In this document: piece by piece, positions 9,809 through 17,702 of the stretch
Layout of the letters: every line of letters begins with the position of its first letter
Numbering within the stretch: position 1 is the first letter of the stretch
DNA from: an uncultured Flammeovirgaceae bacterium
GTDB taxonomy: Bacteria; Bacteroidota; Bacteroidia; Cytophagales; Cyclobacteriaceae
DNA length: 40,000 bases
Direction of reading: 5' to 3'
Assembly: GCA_913050055.1 (NCBI GenBank)
Contig: CAJXAT010000002.1
Span: 23,633 to 63,632, forward strand
The notes under the pieces: generated by a model
Databases searched by the model: none
Seen by the model: the letters and a program-made list of their open reading frames with translations, nothing else
What the model was told of the DNA's origin: nothing
Translations under genes and position numbers: made by a program

Positions 9809-9846
9809 AAAAATAAAAAAAGTCTCCAAGAATATTCTTGAAGACT
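9809..9846 (-). terminator. rho-independent terminator downstream of rpmE
   Basis: On the minus strand, AGTCTTCAAGA-ATAT-TCTTGGAGACT forms an 11-bp stem (one G-U pair) with a 4-nt loop at 9821-9846. It is followed directly by TTTTTTATTTTT (9809-9820). Confidence 0.75.
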
Positions 9847-9868
9847 TGCTTTAAATCTTTGCTTATTT

Positions 9869-10111
9869 TTATTTTTGATATCTCTTCTTGAATTTCTCAA
9901 CACGTCCCGCCGTGTCGACAAATAATTTTTTCCCTGTATAAAAGGGATGTGAGGCTGAGCTTACTTCAATTTTCACCAACGGATATTCATTCCCGTCCTC
10001 CCATTTAATGGTATCCGACGACTTCATTGTTGACTTGGTCAAAAATTTGAAGTTACTTGACGTGTCTAAGAACACAACTTCTTTATATTCGGGATGTAAA
10101 TCTTTTTTCAT
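9869..10111 (-). CDS. rpmE: 50S ribosomal protein L31, type B (no Zn-binding cysteines)
   Basis: 80 aa, [14 protein letters not shown]...HPFYTGK...[10 protein letters not shown]. No CxxC motif is present. Confidence 0.9.
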   Translation of the reverse strand: MKKDLHPEYKEVVFLDTSSNFKFLTKSTMKSSDTIKWEDGNEYPLVKIEVSSASHPFYTGKKLFVDTAGRVEKFKKRYQK

Positions 10112-10142
10112 GAGTAGAATTATATAATTTCAAAAAGGATTG

Positions 10143-10150
10143 CAAACATA
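10143..10150 (-). promoter_or_regulatory. candidate Bacteroidota -7 box (TATGTTTG) for rpmE
   Basis: Exact match to TAnnTTTG on the minus strand, about 32 nt upstream of the rpmE ATG. No clear -33 TTTG was seen. Confidence 0.3.
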
Positions 10151-10154
10151 GATA

Positions 10155-10162
10155 TAAATTTG
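10155..10162 (+). promoter_or_regulatory. candidate Bacteroidota -7 box (TAAATTTG) for the ABC transporter gene
   Basis: Exact TAnnTTTG match on the plus strand, back-to-back with the minus-strand box. It implies a ~230-nt leader. Confidence 0.25.
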
Positions 10163-10395
10163 TGTAATAAAAAAGTCCAATTTTTAATAAATTTTAAGTT
10201 TTTAAGAATATTCACATCAAATGAACCGTCTCTCTCCCCATTAGACTACTTTTGTGTATCGTAGGGGTATGCGCTCTTGCTTGAACGAATGAATACATTA
10301 ATTGATAACAGGGTGTTTTTAACGGAGTATTATACTTTAAATAATACAAACAGCCCCTTTTCACTCCGTCCGGTTGTAACCAATAAACTCCCCGC

Positions 10396-12246
10396 ATGAA
10401 TACATATTTTAGACTGCTTCAATACGCAAAACCTTACAAGTGGTTGATCCCTCAATACTTTATTTATACGTTGTTATTTGTTCTCTTCAGTGTAGTTAAC
10501 CTAGCTGTTTTAGCTCCCTTACTCAATTTACTGTTTAAGCCCGCTTCGACAGCTGCAACCGAATCAACTTCAGTTGAGCCTGATCCTTGGTCACTAGAGC
10601 AATTTTATACATATTTAAATGAATTTATTGCTACGCAAACCAAAGAAGATGCCCTTTACGCCATCTGCCTGATTCTCATCATTTCCGTAGTCTTTGCCAA
10701 CCTCTTTAATTATCTGACCCTTATGCTTCAGGCAAAAGCGCGAATAAATGCGGTAACAAACCTCAGAAATTCAGTTTTTAATCGAATTACCGAATTGGAT
10801 ATGGGTTATTTTACGGACGCTCGCAAAGGAGATCTCATGACCAAAGTAAGCACCGATGTTCAAAACATAGAAGCTACCATTGTCAATTCGCTCACGGTCC
10901 TTTTCAAAGAACCTTTTTTAATTTTGGGCTATTTCTTTGTCTTATTTTTTATCTCTACAGAGCTCACTTTGTACACGCTGCTTTTAGTTCCTGTCTCTGG
11001 ATCAGCCATTTCTTACATTGCTAAAAGGCTGAAAAGAAGAGCCCAATTTACTCAAGAATCTATCAGCAGGTTAACCAATATACTAGAAGAAACGTTATCA
11101 GGCATAAGAGTCATCAAAGCATTTAATGCACAATGGTACACGCAAAAAAAATTCACAAGCGAGGCTGGCGTTTATGCTCACCAAAGCATGAGAATGGCCA
11201 TAAAATCAAATCTTTCAGCACCTCTGTCTCAGGTACTCGGCACCTCAATGCTCTGTTTAATCTTATTAATTGGAGGCCATATGGTATTGAGTGATTCGTA
11301 TCAATTAGATCCTTCCAAATTTATTCTCTTTTTAATCACTTTTGGTCAACTCATCGTCCCTGCCAAGAACATTGCCAATGCTTTTACTAATATTCAGAAA
11401 GGGTTGATTTCAAGTGAGCGCGTATTTCAACTAATTGATACACCCATAAAGGTAACCGACCATGCAAATTCACAAGATTTAATAAACTTCAAAACACATA
11501 TCTCCTTCGAGGGGGTCGATTTTGCTTATGAAGATCGAAAAGTGCTCAATGACATCAGTTTCCATATCGCCAAAGGAAGCACTGTGGCCATGGTAGGCCA
11601 ATCTGGAGGAGGGAAATCAACCATTGCTGATCTCTTGGCCCGATTTTATGATCCCACAGAAGGCTCAATCAAAGTAGATGGACAAGACATCAAAGACATT
11701 ACCATCTCCTCTCTAAGAAAAAAAATGGGTATTGTCACCCAAGAGTCCATTTTATTTAATGATACCATCCGTCAAAATATTTCCTTTGGAAAAGCTGAGG
11801 CTAACTTAGAAGAAATCATCGCAGCCGCTAAAATCGCAAATGCACATCAGTTTATCATGCAGCTTGAAAAGGGTTATGATACCGTCATTGGTGAGCGAGG
11901 ATCTAAATTGTCAGGAGGACAAAAACAAAGAATGAGCATCGCACGTGCGCTTCTAAAAAACTCTGAAATCCTCATTTTGGATGAGGCTACTTCAGCCCTG
12001 GATTCTGAGTCTGAAAAACTGGTGCAAGATGCGATACTCAATCTGACAAAAAACAGGACGACCTTAGTGATTGCCCATAGATTAAGTACCATCCAAAATG
12101 CAGACCTAATTTTGGTCCTCAAAGAGGGGAAAATCATTCAATCAGGCACCCATCTGGAATTAATTAAGGAAGCGGGAGTTTATAAAACGCTTCTGGAAAT
12201 TCAGAATCTGCCCCATTCGCAAACAGCATCAAGTTCCTCAAAATAA
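10396..12246 (+). CDS. ABC transporter permease/ATP-binding fusion protein (MsbA/exporter type)
   Basis: 616 aa with an N-terminal 6-TM-like domain. It carries Walker A GQSGGGKST, signature LSGGQKQR and Walker B ILILDEATS. Confidence 0.85.
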   Translation: MNTYFRLLQYAKPYKWLIPQYFIYTLLFVLFSVVNLAVLAPLLNLLFKPASTAATESTSVEPDPWSLEQFYTYLNEFIATQTKEDALYAICLILIISVVFANLFNYLTLMLQAKARINAVTNLRNSVFNRITELDMGYFTDARKGDLMTKVSTDVQNIEATIVNSLTVLFKEPFLILGYFFVLFFISTELTLYTLLLVPVSGSAISYIAKRLKRRAQFTQESISRLTNILEETLSGIRVIKAFNAQWYTQKKFTSEAGVYAHQSMRMAIKSNLSAPLSQVLGTSMLCLILLIGGHMVLSDSYQLDPSKFILFLITFGQLIVPAKNIANAFTNIQKGLISSERVFQLIDTPIKVTDHANSQDLINFKTHISFEGVDFAYEDRKVLNDISFHIAKGSTVAMVGQSGGGKSTIADLLARFYDPTEGSIKVDGQDIKDITISSLRKKMGIVTQESILFNDTIRQNISFGKAEANLEEIIAAAKIANAHQFIMQLEKGYDTVIGERGSKLSGGQKQRMSIARALLKNSEILILDEATSALDSESEKLVQDAILNLTKNRTTLVIAHRLSTIQNADLILVLKEGKIIQSGTHLELIKEAGVYKTLLEIQNLPHSQTASSSSK

Positions 12247-12298
12247 TAACTTCATTTATCCTTTATATATTAACTTTAAATATCTCATTTGAACTAAA

Positions 12299-12664
12299 AT
12301 GATAAAGTTTACAAACGCTTTTTCGATTCTTTACCTCGTGGCAGCCATCTCATCTATCATGATGATCTATTACGAGGCTATCATACTCGAGACCCTTCAA
12401 AATTGGGGCTACTGGTTGAGTCTCAAACAACTCCCAGTGATTGGAGCCAATCTGATTTTACTGTTATCGGTGCTGATGTTACTCGAAGTCATTTTTCAAA
12501 AGTTCGCCATCAACAAGCTTAAAAATAAAATCAGGGAGCAAATGGCTGAGGTCATGTCCATAAAATCAAAATTATATGATCAAATAACCCATGATGATGG
12601 CTCCAATTCTGAATCAAAAGATGACCCTAACCAAACTTCTTTAGAAGAAAATGAAGATTACTAA
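12299..12664 (+). CDS. hypothetical membrane protein with an acidic C-terminal tail
   Basis: 121 aa with two hydrophobic segments, then a charged helix and a D/E/S-rich tail. It overlaps the gmhA start by 14 nt. No family recognised. Confidence 0.45.
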   Translation: MIKFTNAFSILYLVAAISSIMMIYYEAIILETLQNWGYWLSLKQLPVIGANLILLLSVLMLLEVIFQKFAINKLKNKIREQMAEVMSIKSKLYDQITHDDGSNSESKDDPNQTSLEENEDY

Positions 12665-13241
12665 TCAGATTGAAATAATAACACAAGAGCTGCAAGAAGC
12701 TCATCAAGTATTGTCGAACTTCATGGCAGACCCTAAGTTGATCGAAACCATCGCCGAAATGGCTCATCTTATGACCCAAGCCATAGAAAATGGAGGTAAA
12801 ATAATCACTTGTGGAAATGGAGGTTCGCATTGCGATGCAATGCATTTCGCCGAAGAACTTACCGGTCGATATAGAAATGACCGTAAATCCCTTCCTGCCA
12901 TCACTATTTCGGATGCAGCACACCTCACTTGTGTGGGTAATGATTATGGTTATGAATTCATATTTTCAAGATTTATCGAGGGGATGGGCAATAATGGAGA
13001 TGTGCTCTTAGCCATCAGCACGAGTGGCAATTCTATGAACATTGTTAATGCAGTAAAGGCCGCAAAAGAAAAGAATATGAAAACCATAGTACTCGCCGGA
13101 AAAAATGGGGGTAAATTGGCAGAGATGGCAGATAAGATATTGATTGTACCGCATTTTGGATTTGCCGATAGGATTCAAGAAATACATATCAAGATTATCC
13201 ACATTATGATCTTATTGATTGAGCAAAAAATAACTCATTAA
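12651..13241 (+). CDS. gmhA: D-sedoheptulose-7-phosphate isomerase (SIS domain)
   Basis: 196 aa with GmhA motifs [17 protein letters not shown] and [10 protein letters not shown]. Confidence 0.8.
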   Translation: MKITNQIEIITQELQEAHQVLSNFMADPKLIETIAEMAHLMTQAIENGGKIITCGNGGSHCDAMHFAEELTGRYRNDRKSLPAITISDAAHLTCVGNDYGYEFIFSRFIEGMGNNGDVLLAISTSGNSMNIVNAVKAAKEKNMKTIVLAGKNGGKLAEMADKILIVPHFGFADRIQEIHIKIIHIMILLIEQKITH

Positions 13242-13499
13242 TGATCTAATTTTGAGAAGCATCCTTCAAAGGATAGTTTCCTAGCGAGTTTACGCAGATC
13301 TCATTATAAAACATTCAGATCCAGAATGGTTTCATAAAATAATAAAATACGATCAATTAAAAGAGCTTGATTCTTGCAAATTAGATCAGTTTAGTAAGTC
13401 TAGCAATATGCGGCCAACTAATAGGCATAGGACTTAATTCATTACACAAAAACTCAGATTCAAGACATTAAATACTGACTGGGGAAGTAAAGTTGATTC

Positions 13500-13507
13500 T
13501 AGATTTG
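13500..13507 (+). promoter_or_regulatory. candidate -7 box (TAGATTTG) upstream of comM
   Basis: Exact TAnnTTTG match about 60 nt upstream of the conserved ComM N-terminus. Confidence 0.25.
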
Positions 13508-13566
13508 TAAGTGCGACAAGTGTCCTGTATTTTGACCTACTCTATCAATGATTATTTTAATAAATT

Positions 13567-15109
13567 ATATTAGCTAAAACCTATGGCAGTGCAGTGTACG
13601 GTGTTGATGCCTTCATTATAACAATTGAGGTAGATGTTGGCCAAGGAACCCAATTTTTTATGGTAGGACTGCCTGATTCAGCAGTTAAAGAAAGTCAACA
13701 GCGGGTGGAGGCAGCAATTAAGTTTTATAACTACCACATGCCCCGTCAGAAGATTATGGTAAATTTGGCTCCAACCGATATCAAAAAAGAAGGCTCCTTT
13801 TATGACCTCCCCATTGCATTAGCCATCTTAAGCGCCTCTAACCAAGTTCATATACCCATGCTTGATCAATATTTAGTGATGGGAGAATTATCCCTGGACG
13901 GCCAATTGCGCCCACTCAGAGGTATCTTGCCCATTGCGATCGAAGCTCGAAAACAAGGATTTAAAGGATTTATATTACCCAAAGAAAATGCGAGGGAAGC
14001 GGCCATTGTAGATCAGTTAGAAATCGTTGGTGTCACAAATATCAAAGAAGCAGTGGAACATTTAAATGGGAAAATATCATTGCTCCCATGCAGTATGATA
14101 CCCGAGAAAACTTCGAGTAATCAAAATGAATACGAGGTAGATTTTTCAGACGTACAAGGGCAAGAAAACATCAAAAGAGCTTTTGAAATTGCCGCCGCAG
14201 GGGGGAATAATGTCATCATGATTGGGCCTCCGGGGGCAGGTAAAACCATGTTGGCCAAAAGACTTCCTTCCATTTTACCCCCTTTAAACCTTTATGAAGC
14301 CCTAGAAACGACCAAAATACATTCTGTTGCAGGAAAACTCGGAGTCGATGCTCATCTCATTTCGGCACGCCCATTTCAGGCATCAGGCACCCCACCATAC
14401 GGTAAGTGATGTCGCGCTGGTAGGCGGAGGAAGTATTCCGCAACGTGGTGAAATTTCTTTGGCCAATAATGGTATTCTTTTTTTAGACTAGCTTCCTGAA
14501 TTTAAACGTTCGGCCCTTGAGGTCCTCAGGCAGCCCCTCGAAGAGCGCCACATCACAATCTCTAGAGCACGAATGTCTATTGATTATCCTGCGAATTTTA
14601 TGTTGATTGCGAGCATGAACCCTTGTCCCTGCGGCTTTTATAACCATCCAGAAAAAGAATGTATATGTCCCCCAGGTGCCGTGCAGCGTTATCTCAATAA
14701 AATCAGTGGCACGTTGCTGGATCGTATAGATCTTCATGTGGAGGTGACCCCTATTTCCTTTGATCAGATGACTTCAAATAGAAAGTCTGAAAATAGTACG
14801 GCGATTCGTGATCGTGTCATCTCGGCTCAAAATCGTCAGAAATTAAGATTTGAAAGGCATACTGCCATTCATAATAACGCGATGATGCCTTCGCAAATGG
14901 TCAAAAATATCTACTCCATTAATGCCGCAGGTATGCTATTACTAAAAACAGCTATGGATAGATTAGGGCTTTCGACCAGGGCCTATGATAGAATTTTGAA
15001 AGTCGCTCGCACCATTGCCGATCTAGCAGGAAAAGATGATATTCTCATCGAACATCTAGCCGAAGCCATTCAATATAGAAGTTTGGATCGCGAAAATTGG
15101 GCGGGTTAG
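13567..15109 (+). pseudogene. comM: comM/yifB (Mg-chelatase-like AAA+ competence helicase) disrupted by a frameshift, a nonsense codon and probably a lost ATG
   Basis: The track pieces 13594-14409 and 14573-15109, plus the untracked stretch 14390-14572, are colinear with full-length ComM. Recognisable segments are AKTYGSAVYGVDAF..., Walker [39 protein letters not shown] and the C-terminal QYRSLDRE. The lesions are a 7-bp duplication at 14376-14389, TAG at 14489-14491, and ATA at 13567-13569 where Met is expected. Confidence 0.85.
14376..14389 (+). repeat. perfect 7-bp tandem duplication TCAGGCA x2 inside comM
   Basis: Read directly: cca tt[tcaggca][tcaggca]cccc. Deleting one unit restores RPFQAPHHT. 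Confidence 0.95.
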
Positions 15110-15276
15110 TGGGGCTTAACGTCTGGTTTTTTACATACAAAAAATTTAGGGTGGATGGCCAAGAAATAATTGGACTTTCGTTCAAGTAACAATTATTGTC
15201 CTAAATTTAATCTCATAATATTTGCAGATAATTTCAACCCTAATAAAATATTGATCCCAGAACAAATCAAAATAGC

Positions 15277-16626
15277 ATGCTCAAAAAAACGCTCCTCCTC
15301 ACTTCTGGTCTCCTCATTCTCTTTTTTTCCAGCATCCTTACTCGTATAGATCGTACCCCATACAAGGCGCTTGATTTTTATAAAAAAAGTATCTATGAAA
15401 TCAATCAGTTACTGACAAAAAATCACATTCCCTCCATCGGGGATACCTTGTTGATAGGGTTCGCCCGGGCCAACTTAACACCTCCCGACTTGGCTCCTTT
15501 AGCGGGTTATGGGAATCGACGACCCAAAGAAATGACGAGCGTTCATGACTCCATCTACGTTAACACTACCGTCATAAACAATGGTAAAAATAAAATCGCC
15601 ATCGTCTCAGCAGACCTGTTAATTATTCCGCCAGAAGTAACTGCCCTTTTAAAAGAAAACCTTTTTAACTCGGGTTGGTCCGTACCGGAAATTTTTCTTT
15701 CCGCCACCCACACGCATTCCAGTTTAGGGGGTTGGGCCCCTGGTTTGGTAGGCAATATGATCGCAGGAACCTACGATGTCAAATATCCTGAATTTATCGC
15801 CAATCAAATCATAGCCAGTATTCAGATGGCTGAGAAAAAGTTAAATGCTGGTGCCTGGAGTTTTAATGAATTATCCATTCCTTCATTGATTAATAATCGA
15901 CTCGTCGGTACCCAAGGCATTACCGATCCCTCCTTAAAACTCATGGCCTTAAAATCAGGCATGCAAGAAGGAGTACATGTATTTTACGGTGCCCATGCCA
16001 CTTGCCTATCTGGTGAAAATAAAGAAATGTCTAGAGATTATCCCGGCGTTTTCTCTGATTGGGTGGTGAACCATACTCCCCTCGATTTTGCTGTTTACAG
16101 CGCCGGCGCCGTAGCAAGCATGGGTCCTGAAACCGGTCTAAGACAAGGATTTGACCGCGCTCAATTTATGGGTGAAGAAATGGCCAAGCAAGTTGCTTTA
16201 ATTCAGCAATTTGGATTCCCTTATGAAAACCAATTAAATCTTAACTTTATTAGAATCCCCCTTTTTTTAAGACAGCCTATGGTCAAAATTTCTGAAAACT
16301 GGGCGCTTCGTCCATGGGTCTTTAAATGGGCATTTGGTCACTCCCCATTGGAAATCTCCATGATTCAGCTCAATGATTTGGTCATGATTGGATTGCCTTG
16401 TGATTTCTCTGGGGAATTGGCAGTGGAGTTGTATGCCTATGCCAAGTCCAAAAATCTAAATCTAATTATCTCATCATTTAACGGTGGATATGCAGGATAT
16501 GTCCCTGATGACAAATGGTACGATTTGGAAAAATACGAGCCCCGCTCCATGAGTTGGTATGGGCATGATAATGGTGCCTATTTTGTTGAGATCATCAAAC
16601 TTTTAATCGATTACAATCAATCATGA
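15277..16626 (+). CDS. neutral/alkaline non-lysosomal ceramidase N-terminal-domain-like protein (membrane-anchored)
   Basis: 449 aa with an N-terminal TM/signal segment. The stretches ADLLIIPPEV and SATHTHSSLGGW resemble the ceramidase N-terminal domain family seen in Bacteroidota. Confidence 0.55.
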   Translation: MLKKTLLLTSGLLILFFSSILTRIDRTPYKALDFYKKSIYEINQLLTKNHIPSIGDTLLIGFARANLTPPDLAPLAGYGNRRPKEMTSVHDSIYVNTTVINNGKNKIAIVSADLLIIPPEVTALLKENLFNSGWSVPEIFLSATHTHSSLGGWAPGLVGNMIAGTYDVKYPEFIANQIIASIQMAEKKLNAGAWSFNELSIPSLINNRLVGTQGITDPSLKLMALKSGMQEGVHVFYGAHATCLSGENKEMSRDYPGVFSDWVVNHTPLDFAVYSAGAVASMGPETGLRQGFDRAQFMGEEMAKQVALIQQFGFPYENQLNLNFIRIPLFLRQPMVKISENWALRPWVFKWAFGHSPLEISMIQLNDLVMIGLPCDFSGELAVELYAYAKSKNLNLIISSFNGGYAGYVPDDKWYDLEKYEPRSMSWYGHDNGAYFVEIIKLLIDYNQS

Positions 16627-17702
16627 ATATCACTCGACCTACTTTAATCATCGATGAAGTCAAAGCAAGAAAAAACATTGCCTTTATGGCTGGCAAGGCC
16701 AAAAAATCTAATCTGCTATTTAGGCCTCATTTTAAAACTCATCAATCTGCGACCGTAGCGCGGTGGTTCCTTGAAATGGGAGTAAACCACATTGCTGTTT
16801 CTTCTCTCGCCATGGCCCATTATTTTTATCAGCATGGTTGGGATGACATCCATATTGCCTTCCCTTACAACTTGTTGGAACATCAAGAACTCAATGAATT
16901 AGCCAAGCACATTAAGCTGACCGTATCAATCGAATCTCAGCAAGCCTTAACACATCTTAAATCCCATATGAAAACCCCCATCCGCTACATGATTAAAACG
17001 GATGTCGGTTATGGAAGAACGGGAATTGATGCGAGTAATTGGGAATCTATTTTATCATTGGCTGATCAAGGAAATTCAATATGTCAATTTTCTGGATTGA
17101 TGGCACATGCAGGGCATACTTATGATGCTAATGGTATAGATGAGATAGAAAAAGTGCATAAAAAAAGTCTCCAAAAACTGGAAATCTTAGTCAACCGGTT
17201 TATAGACCCTCCCTTTGTAAGCTATGGGGATACCCCTTCTTGTTCTGTCTCTAAAAATTTCAACTTGATCTCCGAATTTCGCTGCGGAAACTTCGTTTAT
17301 TATGATCTGACACAAGTGGCGATAGGCTCTTGTTCGGTTGATCAAATCGCAGTGGCTATGGCTTGCCCAATTGTGGCAGAACATTATGATCGTAATGAAG
17401 TGGTCATCTATGGTGGCGCCGTCCATTTTTCTAAAGATTTCGTCATAAGTCCTCGTAAGCATTTTGGCCAAATTGTAACTTTTAATAAAAATGGCTGGGT
17501 AGTTTTAGAGGGTGTCTACCTCAAAAAAATATCTCAAGAGCACGGCATCATTCATTTACCCAAAAATGTTGACAAAAAAAATCAATTCTCACTCGGCCAT
17601 ATTATCGGTATCTTACCAGTCCATTCATGCCTTACAGCAGATCTCATGATGGGGCAAGAAACACTCAGTGGTCACCCAATAGATAAAATGATGCGAATAT
17701 GA
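16623..17702 (+). CDS. D-TA-family PLP-dependent enzyme (alanine-racemase N-terminal fold, D-serine dehydratase/D-threonine aldolase-like)
   Basis: 359 aa. It has the FRPHFKTHQS lysine motif region and C-terminal GILPVHSC, as in the D-serine dehydratase-like domain. Its start overlaps the upstream stop (ATGA). Confidence 0.65.
   Translation: MNITRPTLIIDEVKARKNIAFMAGKAKKSNLLFRPHFKTHQSATVARWFLEMGVNHIAVSSLAMAHYFYQHGWDDIHIAFPYNLLEHQELNELAKHIKLTVSIESQQALTHLKSHMKTPIRYMIKTDVGYGRTGIDASNWESILSLADQGNSICQFSGLMAHAGHTYDANGIDEIEKVHKKSLQKLEILVNRFIDPPFVSYGDTPSCSVSKNFNLISEFRCGNFVYYDLTQVAIGSCSVDQIAVAMACPIVAEHYDRNEVVIYGGAVHFSKDFVISPRKHFGQIVTFNKNGWVVLEGVYLKKISQEHGIIHLPKNVDKKNQFSLGHIIGILPVHSCLTADLMMGQETLSGHPIDKMMRI

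Noticed and set aside
10212-10397. 61-aa minus-strand ORF in the rpmE/ABC-transporter spacer
   Set aside because: No recognisable motifs. It ends inside the divergent promoter region and would run antisense to the ABC gene leader. I treated it as non-coding leader sequence.
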